Shown: one piece after another, positions 44,173 to 57,155 of the stretch
How the letters are laid out: every line of letters starts with the position of its first letter
How positions within the stretch are numbered: the first letter of the stretch is position 1
Assembly (NCBI GenBank): GCA_023213395.1
Contig: CM041465.1
Location: 218,123,741 to 218,187,740, forward strand
Length of the DNA: 64,000 nt
Source of the DNA: Cycas panzhihuaensis
Lineage: Eukaryota; Plantae; Cycadophyta
Reading direction: 5' to 3'
Notes under the pieces: generated by a model
Seen by the model: the letters and a program-made list of their open reading frames with translations, nothing else
What the model was told of the DNA's origin: nothing
The model's database searches: none
Position numbers and translations under genes: made by a program

Positions 44173-45283
44173 AATCCACCTCTGTTGACAACATATAATC
44201 AAAACTTATACAATTATTCTATTGGTTTACATGAATCTCTTCGAGCAGAAGCAAAGACCATGAAAGAATTTATGGAAGCAAGAACTTATAGAAAATTGGG
44301 AAAAAATGAAAAGAATTCAGATTCAACAAGTGCAGATAAATATAAAGGATCTTCTCCAACGTTAGTAAATCTCAATAATGTTTACTTATTAGTGTTAGAT
44401 AATAAATTAAAAGAATAAGTAAAAAATTTACAAGAGTTGCATCAAGAGAATTCAATTAATCATGAAAGACATATAGATAAACCTATCAACGACACAGGTA
44501 ACGATGATACATCTATATTAAAAGCTATTAGGATATAAGATCATGCAATGTAGAAAGAAAAAGAGCCTATAAATCAAATTATAATTCCAACACATGATTT
44601 GAGCATGCAAGAAGAAGAAAAAAATATACTACAAGAAAATAAGGGTAACTTATTAGTAGCCAACAAAGTATTAGTGTTATTTCCAAAAGAAAATATAGCA
44701 ATTTATAAAATATCTAGTATATACCAAAATGGTCGCTAATGTCAGTGGTAATATCTACATTCCTTGATCAATTGAAGAAGGATCAACCAGTACTAATAAC
44801 ATTTTTTAATCCATCTAAACAAAAGTTACTGATATCGATAATATCAAGCTTACTTCTCAATTGACCAAATAATATGAGTCAAATAAGTGTATTATATACA
44901 TCTAAGGATTTATTAGTGTCAATAAAATCTATTTTTCCTAATAAATTTGAGAAATTTTTGAGCATTGGTATTAAACCATCCATCCTAAAATAATGCTATA
45001 TATCTCAACAACTTAAAGTTGAAATCGAATGGAAGATTATGTGGCAACCATCTTTGTCTTATAGGCAAAAGTATATAGGAATTTAATATTCTTATAATCG
45101 ACATCTACCAAGGAATTCTAATTGTCCCATTGTCCTCTCAACCTATCCAAGCTTGTTGTTATATACATATTCATTATTTGAAGTCCTAACAAAAATAACT
45201 CGATGACATATATCAGATGATTATGATATTCTTTTATCAGCAAGGGGAGACATCAAACTAGTTGCTTGTTACATGCTTAATCC

Positions 45284-47103
45284 TGTAACCAAATCAATAT
45301 AAAGAAATAGAAAGAGAAATAGAAGGAATAAGATGGAAGAAGAAGGTAGGGTTTCGAAGAACATCTATTAACATATCATTGTATCATATTCCTCTCTTTA
45401 CAATAGAGTGGGGTATATATAACACTCACCCTCATATTATTATATTTCTACCTTTATGTCAACCAATCCTATTAATCCTCATATGATGGAGGGTCATAGC
45501 CCTCTCTAACATGTGGTATAGGCTCACCACATTCCCTCTTCCCTTAAATGCTTCACCCTCAAAGCATCTTGATACATAGATACATGTGACCACCTCCTAC
45601 TATTGGTGTCTAACCGATAGGTCCATTGAAGGTTTTCCAAAAATCTATGCATATAATAAGGATCTATCCATCCCAAATAGATCTTTATGTATCCATAATC
45701 TCTATAACCTTAGAACCTCAAGCTTGAATGATTTATATTCTTGTGGTACTTAGTTTGTAAGGGCTTTGTATAATACGGGTGCTGATGCTATGTCTCTTGA
45801 TAATGTGGGTGTTGACAAGGTCCCACTTTGGTATGTGCTCCAACTTTTGATGAGTGATGGTCTTCCTTTGCCTTGGCTACAATTGGTGGTTTGGGATGGA
45901 AATCAGCTTCTGCTACTTACTCCTCATGTTCAATGTCTCCCTCATCATCTTTATTTTGTTCTTAACTTTGAGGAGTGGGGAGAATTCCTTGTTCCACCTT
46001 ACAATTATATTTCTCAAGTACTTAATAAGCTTCTTGTTTGTCTTGCTTAAGGCTTTGCATCTGATTCCACCAAGAAGCATTATATTTTTTACAGATATTT
46101 ACTTTTAGCCAATGAAATGTATTAAACATAATAACTGAGTTATACCAATCTTTAAACCAAAGATAAGCCTCTCCTTGTAAATATAACGAGGCTACTTTAG
46201 TCATCTCCTTGTTGCGCATGTAGTTATCATCGAGTGATTTTAAATATACATCCATATTTTCAACCCAATCATTTATAGAAGGAGTCCCATTTATATTAAA
46301 GTTGTGTGGTATGGGCCTTTTTGTAGCCATGATGATGTGGATATAGTAGAGATTAGGGACATCTATAGCCATTTATCCCCCAATTTTAATATAAAAAGAG
46401 ATATTAGGCCTCAAGAGCAATGGTTTTGTGACCAACGTCTGAACAATAAAAAATATATAATATGGAAACTTTAACTTTAAAATTTTAATTCTAAAAAAAT
46501 GTATGGCCCAAAAGTACATAAAATATAGCTAAACATCATGGCCATTAAAATACAATTCCAATGGTTTAGACGGAATCAAATTCTGATATCTAGATCAAAA
46601 GTTATAGCTGTTTAAGAAATTTGTTGTTAGGATTTCTAAGGACTGTAATAGTACCTTCTAATAAAATACTAATAACTCTTTGCTCTAACCTCTGATTAAC
46701 CTTAAACCACTTCCATTAGAAAGAAAATTTAAAAATGCACAGAATTAAGAAAAATTTGAGGTCATTTGGACACCCATAGCCAAAGTTATGGCTCTTTGAA
46801 GTTGAGGTTACAGATCTATCCTAAAAATACGTCAACAGAAAAGTTAATGGAGAAAGGTAACCAAATCAATATAAAGAAATAGAGAGAGAAATAGAAGAAA
46901 TAAGATGAAAGAAGAAGGTAGATTTATGAAGAACATCCATTAATATATCATTATATCATATTCTCCTCTTTACAATAGAGTGGGGTATATATAACACTCA
47001 CCCCCATATTATTATATTTCTACCTTTATGTCAACCAATCCTATTAATCCTCATATGATGGAGGGTCATAGCCCTCTCTAACATGTGGTGTAGGATCACC
47101 ACA
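45284..47103 (-). mobile_element. Gag-only mini LTR element (TR-GAG/TRIM-like, 1.8 kb) nested in the BRCT element
   Basis: ~248-bp LTRs at 45284-45531 and 46856-47103 (~94% identical by eye); PPT TTCCCTCTTCCCTT (+) at 45532-45545; PBS not visible; flanks TAATC(C)/TAATT. Confidence 0.92.
46022..46372 (-). pseudogene. Retrotransposon gag N-terminal fragment
   Basis: FNINGTPSINDWVENMDVYL...KVASLYLQGEAYLWFKDW, a Retrotrans_gag-like motif. Confidence 0.8.
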
Positions 47104-47499
47104 TAATTACTTCAATAAGGCTTTGAAGACAAAGTAATTTAAGAAGAAGGGTTTATTATGAGCCACCTTGAATGAAGTAATCAATTAATCATTCGAATAC
47201 ATTTCATGGGTGAAACATCTTAAGGGGGGGAGGGGAATTGTTACAAACCTCTTAAGGAGTTAACTAACTAATTATTATGTGAAAAGGTGCATCATGAATA
47301 GTTGTGACCTTATGTGAGGGATTTATTATGCACATATAAATATATGCCTCAATTATATTATTGAACATTCATCCATTCATTCATCTCTTATCAATTAATT
47401 ATTGAGTTATTTGATTATAAACTCTTTCAGTGAATTCTTGTGAGCTCTCTCATACATTTGGGTATTATCATCAGGTTATGAATTGGGTTCGTAACATAG

Positions 47500-48700
47500 T
47501 ACTCCTCCATCTCTAAGAGTTTGTTAACTGCCTTAGTCAATCTATGAAGTTGCCTCCCTTTCTCACAATAGCCTCAGAAGGGATCTTTGACCATATTTTC
47601 ACTACTGAAATTAGGACCTTTGACTCGATCTAGATCCTTATATACCTCCTAGTTACCTTTATCTTTAATTTTCTAAATCCTCGTAGGTTTTTGTTACTCC
47701 TTTTATCCATCTTCATGGGCTCAACCTTCATTGAGTGGGTTGACCTCCTCCCCTATTAGGGTCTCCTCATCTTTATTCACTGACTCAATCTCTTCTATAT
47801 AAGTCTAGTTGTGAACTAGGATCAAGCTTGACTTGTCCCCCTCCTTTCCTTCTTCCTCCTTAATTTTGAGGAGGGTATCTTCCTTGTCCAAGTTTATCTC
47901 CTTTATAACTTCTATTAAGTCTTCTTCCACTCTCTTCCCATCATCAGGAGCATCTAGGTATATGTCTTATTTGTTATTGTCCTCACCCTTGTCTTCTTCA
48001 AGGGTCTTCTTAGTCTCTTTCTTTTGTTCTCTTGGGTAATTTTGAGAGAAATGACCTAGATGCTTATAAGATAAACATATTATATTATCTAATTCATACA
48101 TTAGTCCCTTCTTTCTACTCCATCCTTCACCCTTAATTTTCACCCATTTGAGAAGAGGTCTATCCATCCTAGCCAAAACATAAAATCTTACATTCACCAA
48201 TATGCTTTTATTCCTAATGGCAGAGCCCAATACCAATAAAGGACCTATAGCCTTAATATTCCCTTTATAATATCCATGTTCTAAGCTTATAAAGGAAGGT
48301 TATAAGCTAAACCCAAAGGGGGATTTTTTTGATAGATCCTTCAACTAGATTAAAGTCTGTATGCCATTTCTCCATGAGGACCACTTTCCTCCCCATTATC
48401 CAAGGTGATTTAAGTAAGACATTTATCATGTCTTCTTAGTGTATAAATTTGAAAAGCACACACCCCTTTTGGAGTATCTCTACCTCCATTAACCCTTTAA
48501 GTTTCCATCTTAACCCCACCCATTTCCTTATGGAGTCTACTCCAAGTTTGGGACCTGAGAAGTGCCCTACCAAGTAATTCTCCCAATATATCTCCATGTA
48601 GTTGGACACTCTCTTGGAACTATAATCCTAATGGAATCCTCCTCTATTATAGGGTTTATATCAATAGATTCCTCTACTACATTCCTCAAGGCTTCTAGGT
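47500..48700 (-). pseudogene. LINE ORF1 remnant (DUF4283-like region and zinc knuckle)
   Basis: YLVGHFSGPKLG..IRKWWG, then ORF 47967-48236 with RFYVLARMDRPL...YELDNIICLSYKHLGHFSQNYP (degenerate CX2CX4HX4C). Confidence 0.8.
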
Positions 48701-51589
48701 ATGATTCCCTTTGTTTAGATTTTGGTTAAGATTTTAGATGTATTTGTGAGTCTGATCTATATTCAAATCCTAGTTATTGTCTATAATCCTTAAATAAGAG
48801 GCTTTCTTGATTAATCTAAAAAGCTAAAAAAGCTTTAGATAAGACTTCCATTCTAGAGTTGGGTATGAAGTGTCTTACCTGACGCAACATGCATCCATCT
48901 CTCCCACTAGGATGACCTCTCTTTTAGTCTTTTTTCCTCTAACCTCCTCTTATCTGTCTTTTTAACTTCTAGTGTGAGGTCACAATGTACCTCTGCTAAT
49001 GTTAAAACTATCCCTACATTCCCCCCACCTGAAGTGAAGATATGGATCCTCTCCATTTGAGGTCCCCCCTCTTAAAGTTTCATAAATATTTTGCTTCATA
49101 TTCTATTTGATCAATGATAAAATCTATAGTCATATAGGTGAACATCTACTAATTTAGGAGCAAAAGGGGTCAGTCGACCCACGTCTATCCACATGAATGC
49201 TCTACATTATAATGCCTATCCACTCACAGGCTCATTAAGATGAATCTCCATGAGGTTATGATGTCATGCATGTCAATCTTAATAACCTTATGATTTTTCC
49301 CTTTTTAAGGCTTGATCTATCCTCTACGTGCGTAATAACTATAGAATACCATGCCTCCAATATCCAACTAGGGTATGCCCCCCATCTGAGCCTAGTTGAA
49401 GCTAAAACCATGGTAAAATTTGAAACCCTAGCCACGTTGAGATTTACCAAAGCTTCTCACATTTACAAAATAAAAAAAATATCATCCTAATTGACACATG
49501 TTAATTAATAAATTAATCAATTGAATGGGATGCATATTTATAGTAGTTTTACCACCACCTGAACAAATATAAAGTCTTATTTCTCAAATATATTGACAAA
49601 AAAAATCATTCTCTTTTTTTTATTGGAATATAAATTAAAGTATATTTCTAACTTAGTCAACCAAGACCTTACATCCTTGCTTTTTCCCCTATATTAATGA
49701 GTTCTGCATATATCTTAATACTTTAAAACTAATTGTTCTCAATCTTTAGACATCATCTTCAAATCTTGGTAGGGTCTAATCCCACTTGCTACCTCTTTAT
49801 ATTGTTCATGTATTAGCCCTTGAGAAAAATACCTAATCAAAATAGGTCTTATATGCATTATCTCATCTCCACCACCTAAAGTAATTTAGGGCCTTACTAC
49901 TTAGGTGGAGAGAAGTAAACAAGATCTTCTTAACTATCTAATGTAGGTGGATTTCAAAATATGACTACATATTTATGAGTGATATTATGATGTCTTTACC
50001 CTTGCTAAGGTTAGAAATCACTAAGAAGAAATTTATGATATTATTCCTTTAGTAAGGGGTCTCTCTTTTCTCTTAATAAAGGCTATTGTATACCATTCTA
50101 ATATTTATATACCATTATAACTTTTATATTCCTGGTATACTTACCTTGTGTTAGTAGATGGTGTTTTAGAATAATTTAGTGCATTTGAATTAGGGTTATA
50201 ATATAACATAGTAATAACCTAAGATAAAAGGCAAATGAAAAATAAAATTACAAAAGGAATAGAAGTAGAAATGGAAGTAGGGATAGAAATATAAATGGGA
50301 ATGTACAAGATACTTATTTAATACTTCCATTCCTATAATAGAATTGTGCTTCCCATATAAGAGTTATGGATACCTATATTAAATAGTGGTAATTATCTTA
50401 TATAAGAAAAATCTTTTATTTATTAAAATAAATAAGACTTAAATTCCTTTATAATTCAACTATGGATATTAATATAGGTAAATATAAAGGAATAGGATAT
50501 ATATAATATGAGGAAATATACTAAATGGGTGAAGTGTAATGGAATAAGCAAGATAAAATTGACTTGTCTTCCCAAAATAAAAATATTTTTTCTTTTAACC
50601 TTGCAAATTGAATATTACCTTCTTTTTTTCATAAAAATAAGACTTAAATATACTTCTATTAAATCCAATTTAGAGTGATTTATAGCTTGGTAGATTCTAT
50701 CATGATCTCTAGCGATTGATAGAAATTTTTAGGGTTTCAGACAATAATAACATCCCTTACAAAAATGATGATAACTTTCTATCCTAAGGTCTAATTTGAG
50801 TAAATTTTTTCTTGATAAAAAGTAGATTCTAAATAGTTTTAACAAAAGACATTTAAGGTTAATTACATGCATGTAGCCTCTATAATGGTCATTAGAATTT
50901 GAGGTAGTAGATTTTAATGTTAATAATAGGATAAAGTTAAAATACTTATATTTCTTTTAATTGTAATAAAAAAATATGTATTATAAGAACTCAAGACTTA
51001 TGGCATAGGTGTAATTGGATTAATTATAAAGTACTTTATTATAAATTTAATAATTTATGCCTCTAAAATAATTTCTCATTAAGAGAAACCCTAGTTGGCT
51101 AAGATCATGCTTTAATACTATTTATGGAAACCCTTCAATATTATATGCAGATTTGATAGGAAATATATCTACTATAATACTATTGATTATTAAATGTTTT
51201 AAGCAATAAAATAGTAAATAATGATGGAATCAAGGGACAAAGGGAACATAATGAGAATGTAGAAAGGAATAAAGCATCAATCTCATAAGAGTGGTGGTGT
51301 TGATAAATACTAGGGCCTTTAGATCCCATGAATAAATAAGTAGGACTTGAGCAGATGTGGCATACCACTCAAAGTCCACTTCTAATTGGCATTGACAAAT
51401 GTCATATATGATGCCACCACGATCTGATAAAGGTGGCTATAGTGTAGTTAAGATCTAGCATAGTGATGTCATAATATCTCTGCTAATCTTAGACTATTAC
51501 CTTAATGTGGGTAATCAACCCAAGGTGGATATGAGACCTAATATGGGCATTATTCTAATATTTCTCCCTCATAATGCCCATTTGGGGAG

Positions 51590-54500
51590 ACTCCAAGTTT
51601 ATCTTTGAATTCAATAAACTTTATCTTACTAAGTGCCTTTGTGAATATATTTACCACCTATTCTTTAGTGTTGTAATAAACTAATTCTAACTCACCTTAC
51701 TATACCAATTCTCTAATGAAGTGATATTGTGTTTTAATATACTTTATTCTATAATGAAACATTAGATTCTTAGTTATTTGAATTGTGCTTTGATTATCAC
51801 AAAGTAACTAAATAGGACCAACCTATTCTTCTTATAAATCCTATAGTAATCTTCTAAGCTAAACTATTTCATATGATGTTGCTATAATTGCTTTATACTC
51901 TACTTCTATAGTATATAAGGATACTATTACCTATGAACCTAAAATGAATGTAAAACTAGAGGTAGATTTCACGTCATCTACATAACTTTCCTAATTTGAG
52001 TCTATATAGCCAACCAATCTATAGTCTCTTGATGACTTGTAATGTAATCCATATCTAATGGTACCATTTAGATACCTAGGAATTCTCTTAGTTGCTCATC
52101 AATATTTTCTCTTAGACTCGTATAAATTTGGAAACCACACTAACTGCATACATGATATTTGGTTGAGTTGAAGTCAAGTAAATTAGACTCTCAAGTAATT
52201 ATCTATAAAGTGTAAGATCAACTAATTTTGGTTCCTCAAACTTGGATAATTTTAACCCAATTTTTGTTGGAGTTGCATTTTCATCTTACAAAACTTCTAT
52301 ATCGAAGAAATAATGTATTATCCCAAATTCTATCATCTCAAATTCCTTGTACATATCTTTCTTAAATCTTTGGGACAAGTGATCATCATTCTTAATGTAT
52401 AATAGGTCATCAATATATAATCTCGTAATAAGTATAGAGCTTCCTTCTAATTTGATAGATAAATTTGGATCAAATTAACTTCTTTGGAATCCTTTATCCT
52501 TAAAATATTTGTTAATCCTAGAGTACCATTCTCTAGGTACTTACTTAAGTCCATACAAGGCCTTTTTAAGTTTATAGACCTTATTTTCTTCTCCTTTCAC
52601 TTCAAACCTATTGGGTTATTGGAAATATATTTCTTCATCCACATAGCCATTTAATAAGGCACTTTTTATAACCATTTGGTGTACTATCCAACCTTGTTAT
52701 GCAATTAAGGCCATTATCAATCTAACTGGTTCTAATCTTGCAACTGGTGAAAATATCTCATTGTAATCTATGCTCTTAATTTGAGCATAACCCTTTGCAA
52801 CTAACCTTGCCTTATACTTATCAATAGCCCCATTTAATTTATACTTGGTCTTATAGACTCATTTAGTCCCAATGGTATTTTTACTAGGTGATAGATCCAC
52901 AAACTCCCATATGTCATTTTTCATTAGGGTATTTTATTTATCTTTTATTACTTTCTTCTATTCATCTTGAGTGTTAGGCTCTTCAAAGTTATGAGGCTTA
53001 TTAGACTCCACAACTTGAGTCATAAGTGCAAAATTCACCCTTTGATATCTTGTAGTCCTTCTCTCAAAGTTAGCATCTAAAATATTTAAAGGGTTATGAG
53101 CCCTTTGTACCCATTTAAGGACCCTTTGATTTGAAGTAGAGGGTCTTACTTTATTTGTATGAGATACATTTATACCCTTAGAATTTGAGTCTACCTTAAC
53201 CATGATATTCTTGCTTTTATCTTTTTTAATCACTTCTTCCTGATAAAATTCATCTTTTTTAAAGATAAGATCCTTACTTATAATTATCTTTATCTTTTGG
53301 ATCATAAAGTTTATAGGATCTAGAAGAGTCACAATATTATATAAAGACACATTTGATACTTTTTTCATCTAACTTTGTTCTTTTTTGATCTAGGACATAT
53401 GCATAAGCTTTGCACCCAAAAATTCTTAAATGTTTGATACTTTACTTATAATCTATCCAAACTTCTTTTAGTGTAACCCATCTAATTACTTTAGTGGTAC
53501 ACTTATTCATCACATAGATAGCTATGTGTATAAATTAAACCTAATATTCATTTCTTAGATGCTTATACTTAAGCATATCCCTTGCCATTTAAATAATTAT
53601 TCTATTCTTCCTTTTAGCAACCTTATTTTGCTTGGGGTATAAGGATTTGTGAGCTATTTTCTTATGCCATAATACTTATACTAAGTTTTGAATTTATTTA
53701 AAATGAATTCTCCCCTATTGTTTAATCTAAGGGTCAAAATTATAAGTCTACTTTATCTTCTTACCAAAGTTTTGAAGTCCATGAAATATTATAGAGCATT
53801 TGACTTGAACTTAATGAAGTAGACCCGTGTCATCCTTATGAAGTCATTAATAAATCTGATAAAAAACTTAGCACCTCTAAGTGAGGGCACATCCATTGGA
53901 CCATATAAGTCTATATATATCAATTAGAGGGGTACATTGGTCCTATAACTTTTATTAGGAAAACTTTCCCTTTATTACTTTCCAAGTATACATCTTTCAT
54001 ATAGTTCCTTACTAAGTTTAATGGTAGGTAATCTAATTATCATATCTTTTTTTTGCATTAAGGATAAACTATTATAATTTGCATGGCCAAGTCTTTTATG
54101 CCATATTCTACTATCTACATTTGTTGATGCATTTAAGGCATAATAGTCTGTTGGGGGTATGACTAGTTTGAATAACCTATCACTAGAGTCATTTATCCTT
54201 TAGCCATAATTACTTTGTTGCTTAGTTTATCTTTAATGGTGTATTCCCCATTATCAAATATCACTTTGTATTTCTATTCCATCATTTGACCTACTAAAAG
54301 TAAATTCTTTTGAAGTGTTGGCACATGAAGCACACCATTTATGCACTTAGTTTCTCCAAAATTAGTTGTATGGAGATATTTCCTTTACGAATAGTTTCTT
54401 AAGTGGTGTTATCACCAAACATGATCTTACTTCTCTTGGTATTATCCAATTATTTAAACCACTCTTCCTTATAAGTCATGTATGTTGAACACCCTAAATC

Positions 54501-55610
54501 TATATACCAATTATCTTCTTCCTCATTAGCCATTAAACTTGAAATAAATAACCTTTTATCTTGTCTTTTCTTAACAACTATGTTAACAGTTCCCCTTTGT
54601 AGACTTAACATTTTTGCAAAGTAATTTTCCTCTAAGTGCTAATTTTTATGGAAATAGGAATATTAGATTGTTCCTCTACCCCTTGGGCTTCTACCTCTTT
54701 GGTTTTCCCCCTTAGGACTTTGACCTTTTCCTCTTCCTTAAGGTCTAAAATTTTGGCCTTGTTGTTGGCCTTGAAAATACCTTTGACCATGGAACTAATT
54801 TTGTCCTTAATAGAATTGATTTAGGCATTGTCCTTGATAGTTACCTTGACCTTGTGTTTGATAGCCTTAAACTTGATGATATCCTTTCCTTTGAAATTGA
54901 TTTCTAGGTTAACTGTACCTCTAGGGGATTGTCCTCTATCCCTAGAACTTTATCCTTGGTATGTAGGTCTAATCTTTACCTTAGTAGCAAATTCACATTT
55001 AAGGGATTCACTTCCTCTCCTTTTCTCTTCTATAACTAATAGTAGGGAACTTAACTAATCTATCTTAAGGTACTAAGGTCTTTAGATATCTCAATACTAG
55101 TGGCCACTATCTTAAACTAGTTGATGTTGCTTACACACCTTAATATTTTCTTAATTATCCTTTACTCACTAATTATCTCTCTTAAGGCCCTCATCTGATT
55201 GACCAGGCCTTACATCTTTGTAATGAAGTTATTAACTACTTCATTAATATTCGTCCTTAGGTTTTTAAATTTTTTCCTTGAAGTTTGAAGCTTTGATGTT
55301 ATTACTCCTTCATATGTAGTCTTTAGTGCATCTCATACTTCCTTCAATGTTGTTGCTTCATTGATCCTTAGGAAGATATAATCCTCCAAAGTACAAAAGT
55401 TGAATGCTAGTGCTCTATTGTCTCTTTCTTCATTCTCCTTAAAGCTTTTCTTCTCATCCTCTATGGCATTTTTGGCAAGCACTCCATAACATATTTCAAT
55501 AAGCTCCCACATATCTTTGGCAATAAAGATTAGTTTTATACAACTACTCTAATTAAAAAAAATTGTACCATCAAACTTGGGTACTATAATATTACCAATA
55601 TTTGATGCCA
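51590..55610 (-). pseudogene. Copia-4 gag-pol pseudogene
   Basis: VPKFDGT (gag), WYIDLGCSTYMT (PR, ~54480), WHKRLGH, YGPMDVPS (INT), YKARLVAKGYAQ (RT, ~52800), IFTKAL (RH). Confidence 0.92.
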
Positions 55611-57084
55611 CTACCTTAAAAAAATAACTATTTGAAAAGTAAAGTGCTTGAAATAAAATGTTAATAAAACACTAAAAATAGGTAATAAAAGACACTAAAA
55701 AGTAATCAAGATTTATCCCACTTCAATTTTGGGACTAGAAAAATATCCCAATTGGGACTAAATCACCTCCAAAGTAAATTTTTATATTAATATGAGTTTA
55801 CAAACTAAAATTTAGTTAGTTTACATAAGGGACATCATGTAGGAAACCTAAAACTAGTGCTAATTTTGATCATAAAAAAGTTACATTAAATGACTTTAAA
55901 AATTTTTAAAGTTTTAACCACTCAATAAAGGATAGAAAAAAGAATCCAACGCTTTAGATGGGACTCAATTATGATATAAGATGGCCAAGATATGCATTAA
56001 AATATCCAAGGAAAAATTAGCCTTTTGACATATAAGGCTCAAAGAAATTTTATATCATTTTTAATCATTAAAAAGTATATCAAATAAAAATAAAATATGG
56101 TCATGTGACCACTCATTTTGCTCAAGTAGAAGTGTACATCATCTTGAAGTTAACAGAACTTAAATTTAGCTTTGATAGTGATAGTTATGGCTACTAGAGT
56201 AGAAACTAGTACTTGATTTCAATCACCCTCTTTGAAAATGAGTTAACCCCCTTTAAAAAGTGATCTCATGGTCACTTGACTACTAAGTGTGACTTTCTGG
56301 TTATATGAGCAAAGGGGTTTTAATGCAATGGAATTTCTTTCGAAATATAAAATATGATTAAATGCAAATGGCACTGATGATATATATACTTTGATAAACT
56401 ATGAAAATAATTGCTTATTCAAATATTAAGATTAGCTTGTAGAGTCCATAAATATACAAACACTCATAATGGAACTACCTCAACAAATGTTAAATCCATA
56501 AATACTAGAACAATCATAGTGACCTACCTTAACAAAAAGTAATACTCATTAAAAAGAAAGGACACATATTATATTAATAATATTTGTGTCAAAGAGAGAG
56601 GAGACAAATATTAAAAATATGTATTATGATTTTTAATCAAAAGAAAGGTACAATACATACGCAACATTTATATGGGGCACTGCACAAGTATTCCAAAGTC
56701 TGTGGAGATTGGGAGGACTTAGGCGTTGAACTAAAAATAGATGCAGTAGCCAAAATAAAACATGCAATTACTAATAAGTGATGCAAATACAATAGATTTA
56801 TGATATAATATTCTTAAGGGTAATCTATATAATGTTTGATTTATGACCACTTATATAATAAAAGAGATATTTGCAAGGTCTTAGATGACACGGTAGAGAA
56901 AAAATAGATGGATGTGACTTAAGTATGTAACTATGGATGTAATTTCATATTGATGTAAATAAAGGGTGCAAAGTATTAAATGAGAGGGCATATAAGGATT
57001 ATGTACAAAAGGAGGCAAACACATAAGATATTATCATTGTGTCAAGTATACAGACTTTTGTAGTTGTTCTCTTTCCCTCTTCAG

Positions 57085-57155
57085 ATGGTAGAGAGCATTG
57101 ATAGGTAAAAACCATAACTCTTAAAGTAGAGAGTTCAAACTTGAGTGATAATGTT
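57085..57155 (+). pseudogene. Ubiquitin-family N-terminal fragment, antisense within the Copia-4 leader
   Basis: RALIGK(+1)TITLKVESSNLSDNV versus ubiquitin [21 protein letters not shown] (11/15 identical in the second block). Preceded by a polypyrimidine tract and CAG|ATG. Confidence 0.7.

Larger units (their letters stand above)
42784..47496 (+). mobile_element. Non-autonomous short-LTR retroelement carrying a captured tandem-BRCT gene fragment
   Basis: LTRs 42784-43044 and 47239-47496 (roughly 90% identical by eye), PBS TGGTATTAGAG at 43047, PPT AAGGGGGGGAGGGGA at 47222-47236, TSD TAGTC/TAGTA. Confidence 0.95.
38218..49497 (-). mobile_element. Full-length plant L1-type LINE with RNase H, interrupted at 42784-47496
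   Basis: 14-bp TSD ATGTTAATTAATAA at 38204-38217 and 49498-49511; poly(A) tail seen as T9 at 38218-38226; ORF1 and ORF2 remnants. Confidence 0.93.

Noticed and set aside
43580-44418. Functional host BRCT gene
   Set aside because: It has four stops and a frameshift, covers only the N-terminal part, has no introns and is enclosed by LTRs.
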